A stretch of 49,063 bases of DNA, taken from contig JANBVK010000001.1 in assembly GCA_024239035.1 (NCBI GenBank), positions 572,202 to 621,264 on the forward strand, in the 5' to 3' direction. The DNA is from Patescibacteria group bacterium. GTDB taxonomy: Bacteria; Patescibacteriota; Minisyncoccia; UBA6257; GWB1-50-10. Below, piece by piece: positions 39,410-49,063 of the stretch (its first letter is position 1; every line of letters starts with the position of its first letter). The translations under genes were made by a program, and so were the position numbers. The notes beneath the pieces are model-generated. The model was not told the origin of the DNA and ran no database searches. It worked only from the letters and a program-made list of their open reading frames with translations.

Positions 39410-39514
39410 CTTGCGCCTCCTTAAGGCATCTTGCGGGTCTGCACTCAAGATGAATTCTCAAGCATCTTTTGCGATTTTATCACGTTATCTACCATTTGTC
39501 GACGGTGAATATTG

Positions 39515-39598
39515 TGCCCGGGGTGGGGGTCGAACCCACATGATCTTGCGATCACAGGATTTTGAGTCCTGCGCGTCTGCCAATTCCGCCACCCGGGC
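39515..39598 (-). tRNA. tRNA-Leu(CAA)
   Basis: GCCCGGG acceptor, GGAATTGG D-loop, CAGGA-CTCAAAA-TCCTG, long variable arm, GTTCGA; CCA not encoded. Confidence 0.96.
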
Positions 39599-39643
39599 AG
39601 ATTTTTATTGATAATGACACAAAGATAACGTACAGTAAAGATT

Positions 39644-40402
39644 ATGGCTCGTGTTATCGCAATCTGTAATCAGAAAGGCGGTGTTGGGAAAACAACAACG
39701 GCGATGAATCTATCAGCCTACCTTGCGATCTCAGGCAGGAAGACACTGCTTATTGATTTTGATCCGCAGTTTAATGCAACGGTTGGTTTGGGTATCCGTC
39801 ATTTACCCGACGAGACAATCTATCATGTGTTACTTGCTGGGCAAGCGCCGGAGAAAGCCATAAAACAAACATTTCTTGCAAATTTTAATATGGTTCCGGC
39901 CTCAGCCGATTTAGCTGGAGCGCTCATAGAATTAGTCAATATGCCCGATCGTGAAAGATATCTTAGAAATTTTGTTGAAAAAGTGAGCCCGGACTACGAT
40001 TTTGTTTTAATTGATTTGGGTCCCAGTTTAAATCTTTTAACAATAAACGGACTTCTCGCTGCCGATGAGGTAATTATTCCTGTTCAATGTGAGTATTATA
40101 GTTTAGAGGGCTTGACCCAACTTTTGGAGACTATTAATCTAATAAAACAAAATCTAGAACACCCCCTAAAGGTAGCGGGAGCACTCCTTACTATGTATGA
40201 CAAGCGGGAAAAGCTTTCCCGGGAAGTTGCGAGAGAAGTGAGGCGTCGGTTTCCTTACAGGGTCTATAATATTGAAATTCCCCGCTCGGTGGGTCTTGCT
40301 GAGGCGCCGAGTTTCCAAAAACCGGTTATATTCCATGCTCCTCAGAGTGCTGGTGCTCTGGCCTACGAGCGGCTGGCGAACGAATTAATTGAGCAAACCT
40401 AA
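39644..40402 (+). CDS. parA: ParA/Soj ATPase
   Basis: NQKGGVGKTT, DFDPQ, PVQCEYYSLEG, IPRSV.LAEAPS. Confidence 0.95.
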   Translation: MARVIAICNQKGGVGKTTTAMNLSAYLAISGRKTLLIDFDPQFNATVGLGIRHLPDETIYHVLLAGQAPEKAIKQTFLANFNMVPASADLAGALIELVNMPDRERYLRNFVEKVSPDYDFVLIDLGPSLNLLTINGLLAADEVIIPVQCEYYSLEGLTQLLETINLIKQNLEHPLKVAGALLTMYDKREKLSREVAREVRRRFPYRVYNIEIPRSVGLAEAPSFQKPVIFHAPQSAGALAYERLANELIEQT

Positions 40403-40407
40403 ACTTG

Positions 40408-40450
40408 CCCTGAGCGGAGGCCCTATTTGAGCCAGACCGAAGTCGAAGGG
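40408..40450. repeat. family B repeat variant with internal insert
   Basis: CCCTGAGCG...CGAAGTCGAAGGG (cf. CCCTGAGCGAAGTCGAA at 36460). Confidence 0.55.
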
Positions 40451-40500
40451 TTATCCACAGTTAATATGGGGGTTGACGCACCCTGAGAAACGAGTATCAT
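40451..40500 (+). promoter_or_regulatory. DnaA-type box and promoter in parA-parB spacer
   Basis: TTATCCACA 40451-40459; GGGGG-TTGACG-16nt-TATCAT. Confidence 0.55.
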
Positions 40501-40826
40501 TTTTTCTTAGTTCGAGCTTTTTGGAGGATGTTTGTTTGATTTCGAGGAGGAGAGCGTACGACTCTGAATTGGTGTCAGGCATTCGTTTTTCTAAAGATCA
40601 CGAACTACGTGCTTGCGCGTTTTGCTAAAACAGAGGAAGGTAAGCAATTAGTTTTTAGCAATCGGAGTACTTCATATTTCGAGGTGTTCTTTCTTAAGAA
40701 ATTAATTTATTTTACTCGAAATAAAATTTGAAGGAAACGATTGTAAGAGGCTTGTTGTTCGCCCCTCTGTTTTAGTGTTTATAGTAAACACTTTTCTTTT
40801 TAATAAATTAGTAATAACATAAAAAC

Positions 40827-41825
40827 ATGTTAGGCAAGGGTTTAGAATCGCTCATACCCAAAAAAAATAGCGACGAGCGACAAACAACAAGTGATCAGGA
40901 TCAACGGGCGTCTCAGGAAGATAAGACTGAGTATGTTCCGCGGCACGAACATATTAAGTCGTTCGGTTCGGAGCGCCCGAACATAAACGAAGATTTCAGA
41001 GAAAGAGTAAAAAGCGTGCAGTCTCATCCACGACCGGTAAAACAGGATGCAGTTTTTCATATTGAGGTAGAAAAAATTAAACCCAACCCCTACCAACCTC
41101 GTCGCGACTTTAATGAGGAGAGTTTAGCGGAGCTTGCCCAATCAATTCGCGAGCTTGGCATTATTCAACCTCTTATTGTCACAAAAGTGGAAAAGGAAAC
41201 AGAAACAGGCGCCGACGTTGAATATCAGCTTGTCGCTGGTGAACGTCGTTTGATGGCAGCGAAACTTGCCGGCCTGGAACGCGTGCCAGCCGTGGTGAAA
41301 CAAATTAATCTTCACCGCGCTAAACTTGAGATAGCCCTTGTTGAAAATATCCAGCGGAGTAATTTAAATTCACTGGAACGCGCCAGGGGTTATGCCAGGC
41401 TCCAAGATGAGTTTGGTTTAACCCAGAGAGATATATCTACTCGTGTTGGTAAGAGCCGGGAAACAGTCGCTAATACCCTCCGTCTTTTAAATCTTCCTAC
41501 TCAAATTCAGGAAGCCCTTGCTCAAAATAAGATTAACGAGTCTCAAGCAAGAACCCTTCTTGCAATATCTGATATTAGTGAGCAAAACAGAATTTTTCAA
41601 AATCTCTTGGCAGGGCAGGTGAGTGTTCAGGGGATCCGGGAGGAGCAAGAATCCCGGTCAGCTGATCCGGAAAAAAAGTATTGGGAGCGGCGGCTTGAAG
41701 AGCATTTTGGAGCACCGGTCAAAGTTATGCGACGGAACGGAAAAGGAAAAATGGTTGTCCGGTTTCACTCTAACGAAGAATGGAGGGGGATTTTGGATAA
41801 ATTACTTGGTTCAGAGAGTGAGTAA
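40827..41825 (+). CDS. parB: ParB/Spo0J partition protein
   Basis: LGKGLESLI, PNPYQPRRDF, AGERR, ENIQR, HTH GKSRETVAN. Confidence 0.95.
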   Translation: MLGKGLESLIPKKNSDERQTTSDQDQRASQEDKTEYVPRHEHIKSFGSERPNINEDFRERVKSVQSHPRPVKQDAVFHIEVEKIKPNPYQPRRDFNEESLAELAQSIRELGIIQPLIVTKVEKETETGADVEYQLVAGERRLMAAKLAGLERVPAVVKQINLHRAKLEIALVENIQRSNLNSLERARGYARLQDEFGLTQRDISTRVGKSRETVANTLRLLNLPTQIQEALAQNKINESQARTLLAISDISEQNRIFQNLLAGQVSVQGIREEQESRSADPEKKYWERRLEEHFGAPVKVMRRNGKGKMVVRFHSNEEWRGILDKLLGSESE

Positions 41826-41829
41826 AGAC

Positions 41830-43530
41830 TTATCTGTTAAATTTGCACCGTACCTCCCTTGTTTCCGGAATCTTTTTAAGTTTCACGAGTATCTTTTTAA
41901 TTTTTGACTCAGGTAGTGCATTACACCTAATAGTCACGATAGAGAAAGCCATTCGTTCATCGGTTTGGCTGTTTAAATAGGTGAGATTGATTTTAAATTC
42001 AGTAAAGATACTAGTAACCTCTTTTAAATATCCCGGTCGGTCTTTGTTTGTAATTTTAAACTCCATACCCGGAGCCTCGGCTCTTTTCTTAAAACTTTTG
42101 AATTTAGAACGGACAAAGCTCTGGATATGGTCTTTGGCAAGTGATGTTTTAGTGAATCGGAGCCAACTTTCTGAAGGTTTTTTGCCGCGTTGGGTCATAA
42201 TCTCAACCATATCACCGGAATTGAGCTCATAATCTAAAGGGACGATGCGACCGTTAATCTTTGCTCCGATACACTGGTTGCCGATTTCGCTGTGAATCCT
42301 ATAAGCGAAATCCACGGGAGTTGCTCCGGCCGGCAGATCAATAACATCGTTGTGAGGAGTGATTACGAAAATTCTATCTTTAAAGAACTCAACTTTTAGC
42401 GATTCAATAAATTTTTTCTCATCTGAAAATGACTTTTGCCAGTTTCGAAGTTGTTCAACCCATAGAAGTTCTTTACGGGAGGTAACCCCACCCCAGTTTT
42501 TAGAATGCTTTTTGGAGCTTTTAATTTGCTGGTATGCCCAATGGGCAGCGATACCGAACTCATTTTCTTCGTGCATTTCTTGGGTGCGGATTTGAAATTC
42601 CGTGATTTTGTTGTCTAGGCAAAATACCGTGGTATGGAGACTGCGGTAGCCGTTTGGTTTAGGCGTTGCGATGTAGTCTCTTATTCGACTGGGTAGCGGT
42701 GGCCACATTTTATGGATTATACCTAGAGCCGCATAGCAGTCCTCAATGTTTTTCACGATGATTCGGAGTGCTACAAAATCATAAATTTTCTCCGGGTCCA
42801 TATCATAACGGAGAAGTTTTTTATAGAGGCTTGAATAACGCTTAGCCCGCGAATCTACAATTACCGGGTAGATTCCGTTTTTCTCGAGCAATTTCTTGAT
42901 GACTGGTTTTATCTTTTCTGCGTATGCTGCTCGTTCTTGGTATTGCTCTTTAACGTTTTCTAACAGCCACTTATATTCCTCTGGGTAAAGGTAGGGGAAG
43001 GCGAGATCTGCCAGTTCACCGCTTAGTCCCTGCATGCCGAGCCGGTAGGCGAGCGGGGCGTAAATTTCAGTTGTCTCCCATGCCTTCTGCTTTTGCAGCT
43101 CGGGGGGCAGGAATTTAAGGGTTTGCATATTGTGGCGGCGGTCAGCAAGTTTGATGATAACAACGCGCAGATCATTGCTGAATGATAAGATGAACTTTCG
43201 CAGAGTTTCCACATCAGGATCTTTATCAGAATATTTAATTTTTTTAAGCTTAGTGAGTCCGCTTACCAGAGACGCTACTTCTTTTCCAAATCTTTTTTCA
43301 ATGTCCTTGAGAGTATAATCAGTATCTTCGACAACGTCATGAAGAAGAGCCGCGGCTATTGACGGTTCGTAAAGGTTCCATTCATGGACAGTTTTGGCAA
43401 CTTCCAGGCAGTGGGAGATGTAGGGGTCACCGCTTCTGCGTTTGGTGTCCTTATGGGCCGACCGGGCAAACTCATAAGCTTTTATTACTGCACCACCCGC
43501 TGGATACTTTTGGAGCCACTGGGTTGACAT
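41830..43530 (-). CDS. rel: RelA/SpoT (p)ppGpp synthetase/hydrolase
   Basis: HD (LLHDVVED), KLADR, KPNGYRSLHT, EFQIRT, TGS (GATPVDFAY), C-terminal ACT-like. Confidence 0.93.
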   Translation of the reverse strand: MSTQWLQKYPAGGAVIKAYEFARSAHKDTKRRSGDPYISHCLEVAKTVHEWNLYEPSIAAALLHDVVEDTDYTLKDIEKRFGKEVASLVSGLTKLKKIKYSDKDPDVETLRKFILSFSNDLRVVIIKLADRRHNMQTLKFLPPELQKQKAWETTEIYAPLAYRLGMQGLSGELADLAFPYLYPEEYKWLLENVKEQYQERAAYAEKIKPVIKKLLEKNGIYPVIVDSRAKRYSSLYKKLLRYDMDPEKIYDFVALRIIVKNIEDCYAALGIIHKMWPPLPSRIRDYIATPKPNGYRSLHTTVFCLDNKITEFQIRTQEMHEENEFGIAAHWAYQQIKSSKKHSKNWGGVTSRKELLWVEQLRNWQKSFSDEKKFIESLKVEFFKDRIFVITPHNDVIDLPAGATPVDFAYRIHSEIGNQCIGAKINGRIVPLDYELNSGDMVEIMTQRGKKPSESWLRFTKTSLAKDHIQSFVRSKFKSFKKRAEAPGMEFKITNKDRPGYLKEVTSIFTEFKINLTYLNSQTDERMAFSIVTIRCNALPESKIKKILVKLKKIPETREVRCKFNR

Positions 43531-43610
43531 AAGTTTTTATTATGGCAGATTATAACGTTTTTGAAAAGAGCGGGGTTGATCCCCCATAACATAAATACTT
43601 ATGTGGGGGA

Positions 43611-43638
43611 TTGACAAATTTTCCCTACTTACTACGCT
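43611..43638 (+). promoter_or_regulatory. sigma70-type promoter of candidate ncRNA
   Basis: TTGACA-16nt-TACGCT. Confidence 0.5.
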
Positions 43639-43650
43639 TGTAATTAGATA

Positions 43651-44096
43651 GGGGATGCGCATGCAATTCCGGAGCGAGTTAGTCAGCCGATGACTGCAGC
43701 GGATTGCGCATCCCCGCTGCGCTTGAAAAAATATTGGGGTCGCCTCACCAACTGTTTTCGTGTGACGCTCGGATTCAGTTCCCTCGGGGTGAGGTTGTCT
43801 GAGGAGGTTTTCTGCCTTCTTGGGCCAACAGCCAGCCCCTCCAGGCTGCTGAAGACCCCTTCTAAATCGCGTGGGGCCGTTAAAGAGGTTTCCTCCGGGG
43901 AGCGTTTGGGACTGTTGTAATCGCCTCTGGAGAGCTTCTACCAGTTATTCTTTGGACACAGCTAGCCTTTAGTCCTAAAGGCAAGACTCACTTTTCTCTG
44001 ATCGCTGGTGGCCCCACGTTTCTACAATCCCAGCGAGCTTCATCGCTCGCTGTATCAGTATCCGCCCTCCGGCAGTTTTGGAGGGCGGCTTTTTTT
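43651..44096 (+). ncRNA. candidate large structured ncRNA, family not recognised
   Basis: GC-rich, many nested helices with G-U pairs, 9-bp long-range pairing, promoter and terminator, no credible ORF. Confidence 0.6.
44062..44096 (+). terminator. intrinsic terminator
   Basis: CCGCCCTCC/GGAGGGCGG + CTTTTTTT. Confidence 0.85.
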
Positions 44097-44120
44097 ATAT
44101 CTAAGGTAAGGGTTTGGGGG

Positions 44121-44148
44121 TTGACAACTTTTTCCCCTTCCTTATACT
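44121..44148 (+). promoter_or_regulatory. groESL promoter
   Basis: GGGGG-TTGACA-16nt-TATACT. Confidence 0.75.
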
Positions 44149-44159
44149 GAAGAACTGAA

Positions 44160-44186
44160 TTAGCAGTAAAAGGTCAGGAGTGCTAA
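44160..44186 (+). promoter_or_regulatory. CIRCE element (HrcA operator)
   Basis: TTAGCAGTA-N9-GAGTGCTAA vs consensus TTAGCACTC-N9-GAGTGCTAA. Confidence 0.88.
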
Positions 44187-44198
44187 AAACTAAAAATT

Positions 44199-44489
44199 AT
44201 GAATCTAAAACCTTTATCAAACCGCGTTTTAATTGAACCCGTCGAGGAAGAGCAGAAGACAAAGTCTGGGATTGTTCTTCCCGATACAGTGGAAAAAGAG
44301 AGACCCATAAAAGGTAAGATTATTGCGGTGGGACCCGGTAAACTAAACGATAAAGGTGAGCGAATCTCAATGTCAGTTAAGGTCGGTGACGTCGTCCTCT
44401 TTAAGAAGTACGGACCGGATGAGTTTGAGCTGGATGATAAGAAATATTTAGTTGGGGACGAGGATGATATTCTCGCAGTTATAGAATAA
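44199..44489 (+). CDS. groES: co-chaperonin GroES
   Basis: LKPLSNRVLI, TKSGIVLPD, AVGPG, VKVGD. Confidence 0.97.
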   Translation: MNLKPLSNRVLIEPVEEEQKTKSGIVLPDTVEKERPIKGKIIAVGPGKLNDKGERISMSVKVGDVVLFKKYGPDEFELDDKKYLVGDEDDILAVIE

Positions 44490-44496
44490 CTTTTAG

Positions 44497-46158
<1,662 letters not shown>

Positions 46159-46178
46159 GAGCAAAATTTATACACAGC

Positions 46179-46216
46179 AAAACAATCGGCTCACACACAT
46201 GTGAGCCGATTGTTTT
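46179..46216 (+). terminator. groEL terminator
   Basis: 17-bp stem AAAACAATCGGCTCACA/TGTGAGCCGATTGTTTT. Confidence 0.8.
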
Positions 46217-46295
46217 TACCCCGAGAGATGCGCTTTTTACTCCTTTAGCGTTTGAGCTTGACAAGCATATACCTCCTGAGATATAAAAGGGGACT

Positions 46296-46718
46296 ATGCG
46301 TAGAATAGTGATCTTTACGCTTTTTTTATTGATAGTCCCGGCTCTCTTTACGCCTACTCTAGAGCGAGGGAGGGATATAAGAGTTGACACGCCTGAATAT
46401 GGGGAGCGTGCCGTTCCAGAAGGGTATTCTCTCTCTGCTGTTTTTACGGCGTATTCGTCAAGTCTCGATGAGACGGATAACACGCCGTTTATTACTGCTT
46501 CCGGTGCAGGGGTTCGGGACGGTATAATCGCGAATAACTGCTTGCCATTTGGAACGGAGATTGTGATTCCTGGACTTTTTGATGATAAGGTCTTTGTAGT
46601 GGAAGACCGGAAAAATTCACGCTATGGCTGCCAGTGGTTTGATATTTGGTATTCCAGTAAATCTGAAGCAAAACGATTTGGTATAGTACGAAACGCCGAG
46701 GTGCTGGTTTTGAATTAA
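46296..46718 (+). CDS. 3D-domain (lytic transglycosylase-like) secreted protein
   Basis: signal peptide; TAYSS..TD.TP..TASG, LPFGT, VEDR, FDIW. Confidence 0.85.
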   Translation: MRRIVIFTLFLLIVPALFTPTLERGRDIRVDTPEYGERAVPEGYSLSAVFTAYSSSLDETDNTPFITASGAGVRDGIIANNCLPFGTEIVIPGLFDDKVFVVEDRKNSRYGCQWFDIWYSSKSEAKRFGIVRNAEVLVLN

Positions 46719-46745
46719 TGAGAGTTTTATTGTAGCATTACTCTT

Positions 46746-47300
46746 ATGAGTACTCTTACAATTATCTATATTGTTTTAGGTATCCTTGTTGTAGGGATTA
46801 TCTGGACCTTTAATAGTTTGGTGCGGTTGAGGGTCCGCGCCAAAGAGGCGTGGTCAGACATTGAGGTACAGCTTAAGCGCCGATACAATTTGATCCCGAA
46901 TGTGGTGGAAACGGTGAAAGGATATGCTAAACATGAGCGGGGAGTGTTTGAAAAAGTTACCGAGGCACGGACGAGAGCTATGGGAGCAAAAGACCTCCAT
47001 GATAAAGCCGGTGCGGAGAACATGCTCTCAAGTACCTTAAAGACGCTCTTTGCGGTTTCAGAGAACTATCCTGACTTAAAGGCGAATGCTAATTTCTTAG
47101 ATCTCCAGAGAGAACTAGCGGATACAGAAAATAAAATTCAGGCAGCGCGAAGATTTTATAACACAATGGTTCGTGATTTGAATACGAAGATTGAAACGTT
47201 CCCGCCGAACATTATCGCGCGGCTTTTTAATTTTAAGAAAATAGAATTTTTTGAGACTAAAGAAGAACTTGAGAGAGAACCGGTAAAGGTACGATTTTAG
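46746..47300 (+). CDS. lemA: LemA family protein
   Basis: AWSDIEVQLKRR..LIPN, ENYPDLKAN, ENKIQAARRFYN. Confidence 0.95.
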   Translation: MSTLTIIYIVLGILVVGIIWTFNSLVRLRVRAKEAWSDIEVQLKRRYNLIPNVVETVKGYAKHERGVFEKVTEARTRAMGAKDLHDKAGAENMLSSTLKTLFAVSENYPDLKANANFLDLQRELADTENKIQAARRFYNTMVRDLNTKIETFPPNIIARLFNFKKIEFFETKEELEREPVKVRF

Positions 47301-47303
47301 AGT

Positions 47304-48212
47304 ATGGCATCTTTATATACGCACAAGGCGTCTAATATCAGAAAGACGTGGTTGCTCCTTACGGTTTTTTTGATTGTGGTCGTCGGTTTGGGATGGGTGT
47401 TTTCTGGAGCTTATGGGAGCCCGGTCATACTGTATTTTGCTGTGGGTTTTAGCGTGATAATGGGCATCACGAGTTTTTGGTATTCGGACAAGATTGTACT
47501 CCGGATGTCAAAGGCTCAACCAGTATCAAGGAAAAATGCCCGGGAGCTTTACAATATTGTTGAGAATCTGGCGATTACTGCCGGTCTTCCTCTGCCAAAA
47601 ATATATTTAATAAATGAACCGGCACCGAATGCTTTTGCTACCGGGAGAGATCCGAAACACGCGGTGGTAGCAGTAACAACCGGACTTCTCGATAAACTAG
47701 ACCGGTCGGAGCTTGAAGGGGTTATTGCGCATGAACTCTCTCATATTGGTAATCGTGACATGCTTGTTTCCACTGTTGCCGTAATTTTAGTTGGCTTTAT
47801 TGCGATCTTGTCTGATTTATTTTTACGCTCAATGATTTGGCGAAGCTTTACGGGGAGCAGAAATCGAAGCAGCGGACAGGCGGGAGCCGTGCTAATGCTT
47901 GTTGGTATCGCGCTCTCAATCTTGGCGCCAATTGCGGCAATGCTCATGCAACTTGCAATCTCGCGTAAGAGGGAACTTTTAGCTGACGCCTCGGGCGCGC
48001 TCCTTACTCGTTACCCTGAAGGACTAGCGAAGGCGCTGGAGAAAATATCTCGGGATCAAACGCCGCTTCGTGTTGCACAAAACACAACCGCGCATCTCTG
48101 GCTCGACGATCCATTCAAAGGAAAAAGCAAGAAAGGTTTTTTACATAAATTATTTATGACTCACCCTCCAGTAGAAGAACGTGTAAAGGCATTGCGGGGG
48201 ATGTCTTCATGA
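47304..48212 (+). CDS. htpX: M48 zinc metalloprotease HtpX
   Basis: PNAFATGR, HELSH, SRKRELLAD, THPP. Confidence 0.94.
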   Translation: MASLYTHKASNIRKTWLLLTVFLIVVVGLGWVFSGAYGSPVILYFAVGFSVIMGITSFWYSDKIVLRMSKAQPVSRKNARELYNIVENLAITAGLPLPKIYLINEPAPNAFATGRDPKHAVVAVTTGLLDKLDRSELEGVIAHELSHIGNRDMLVSTVAVILVGFIAILSDLFLRSMIWRSFTGSRNRSSGQAGAVLMLVGIALSILAPIAAMLMQLAISRKRELLADASGALLTRYPEGLAKALEKISRDQTPLRVAQNTTAHLWLDDPFKGKSKKGFLHKLFMTHPPVEERVKALRGMSS

Positions 48213-48901
48213 AACATTCTTTCGGAAAGACAGTAGTTATTGCTTTGGGAGGTTCTATTATATATCCCAAGGAGATTGACGTCAGGTTTTTGGGGCAGTT
48301 TAAAAGTTTTATTGAAAGTTTTACGAAGAAGGGAATGCGTTTTGTGCTTGTGGTGGGCGGCGGAAAAGTAAGTAGGATATACCAGGCTGCTGCAGCAAAA
48401 GTTGCTCCGCTTACCGATGATGATAAGGACTGGTTGGGGATTCATGCTACGCGTTCTAACGCACACCTGGTCCGCACGGTGTTTCGAAAAGTTGCGGACC
48501 CTGTGATAGTTGACAGTCGTAATAAGATAAAAAAATTAAAACATCCCGTCACTGTGGCAAGCGGTTGGAGGCCGGGATGGTCTACAGATTATGTAGCAAT
48601 GGCGATTGCGCATAAACTCGGCGTGAGAGAAGTAGTGATTGCAGGGAAACCCAACGCAGTATATGAGAAAAATCCTGATCGGCACGTGAAGATGGGGCGT
48701 ATCTCGTGCTTGAGATGGGGTTCTTACCGGGCGCTCATTCCAAAGGAATGGAAACCGGGACTTCATGCTCCGGTTGACCCGGTCGCGGCAAGGTTTGCTG
48801 AGAGAAATGGAATAGTAGCCGTTATTGTAGGTGGCCGCCGACTCAAAAATCTTGAGCGCTCATTGCGGGGAGAGAATTTTCAAGGTACGATCATTGAATA
48901 A
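48209..48901 (+). CDS. pyrH: UMP kinase (archaeal-type)
   Basis: LGGS, VVGGG, DWLGIHATRSNA, PGWSTD, PVDP, GTII. Confidence 0.9.
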   Translation: MKHSFGKTVVIALGGSIIYPKEIDVRFLGQFKSFIESFTKKGMRFVLVVGGGKVSRIYQAAAAKVAPLTDDDKDWLGIHATRSNAHLVRTVFRKVADPVIVDSRNKIKKLKHPVTVASGWRPGWSTDYVAMAIAHKLGVREVVIAGKPNAVYEKNPDRHVKMGRISCLRWGSYRALIPKEWKPGLHAPVDPVAARFAERNGIVAVIVGGRRLKNLERSLRGENFQGTIIE

Positions 48902-48919
48902 TCTTAAGAGAAAAATCTT

Positions 48920-49006
48920 GGTGGGGTCGCATAGTGGCCTAGTGCGGTTGCTTGGAAAGCAACTATGTCAGAAATGGCATCGTGGGTTCGAATCCCACCC
49001 CCACCG
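48920..49006 (+). tRNA. tRNA-Ser(GGA)
   Basis: GGTGGGG/CCCCACC acceptor, GTTGC-TTGGAAA-GCAAC, long variable arm, GTTCGAATCC. Confidence 0.96.
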
Positions 49007-49063
49007 CATGAAAACCCCGACCCCCGCTTAAGACACCTGTCGGGTTTCTTAGCTCCCTTCGGT

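Noticed and set aside
39068..39598. tRNA-Leu-targeted integrative element
   Set aside because: An orphan gene follows the tRNA, but no integrase or duplicated tRNA 3' end is visible in the window
1250..40459. oriC from DnaA boxes
   Set aside because: The boxes (1250/1261, 5938, 40451) are isolated, with no cluster, no evident unwinding element and no dnaA; promoter-associated sites are more likely
43690..43920. 76-aa ORF
   Set aside because: No SD, no recognisable motifs, and it lies within a densely base-paired region
43651..44096. tmRNA, RNase P RNA or SRP RNA
   Set aside because: It starts GGGGATG like tmRNA but pairs locally with CATCCCC (no G3-U, no T-arm, no CCA). There is no GAGGAAAGTCC/ACAGAA..CGGCTTA pair on either strand and no SRP CAGG..GGAAGCAG loop. 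A very divergent form is not excluded without cmscan

Overview
A 49 kb bacterial chromosome segment (standard code 11). It most resembles a Patescibacteria/Parcubacteria (CPR) genome; this is inferred from the gene families present, the archaeal-type PyrH and PGI/PMI, and the mostly SD-less AT-rich leaders. Left to right: a partial PP2C phosphatase; an AT-rich defence island (~1.5-8.8 kb) with an HNH restriction endonuclease, a fused m5C+m6A methyltransferase coupled to lexA, two divergent stand-alone GIY-YIG genes and a DUF4268-type nuclease; a long + strand run of membrane, redox and metal-stress genes (UPF0182, PIF1-like helicase, csp, msrB, DoxX, VKOR, Cu-ATPase, an ArsR-Grx-DUF3179-TlpA-CcdA operon, sod, DCC1-LMF, MgtC); then tRNA-Leu, parA/parB, rel, groES/EL with CIRCE, lemA/htpX, pyrH and tRNA-Ser. 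The main non-coding observations are: (1) a ~450-nt highly structured candidate ncRNA with its own promoter and terminator between rel and groES; (2) short palindromic repeat families that sit in-frame inside proteins or supply stop codons; (3) two inverted CCGAA-N6-CCGAA boxes over the divergent lexA-MTase/GIY-YIG promoters; (4) a ~190-nt hairpin element; (5) orphan GC-rich single-gene modules, including a lone DUF397; (6) a recurrent AAAGGTCG leader motif. All family calls come from motif recognition by eye; no searches or folding were run.
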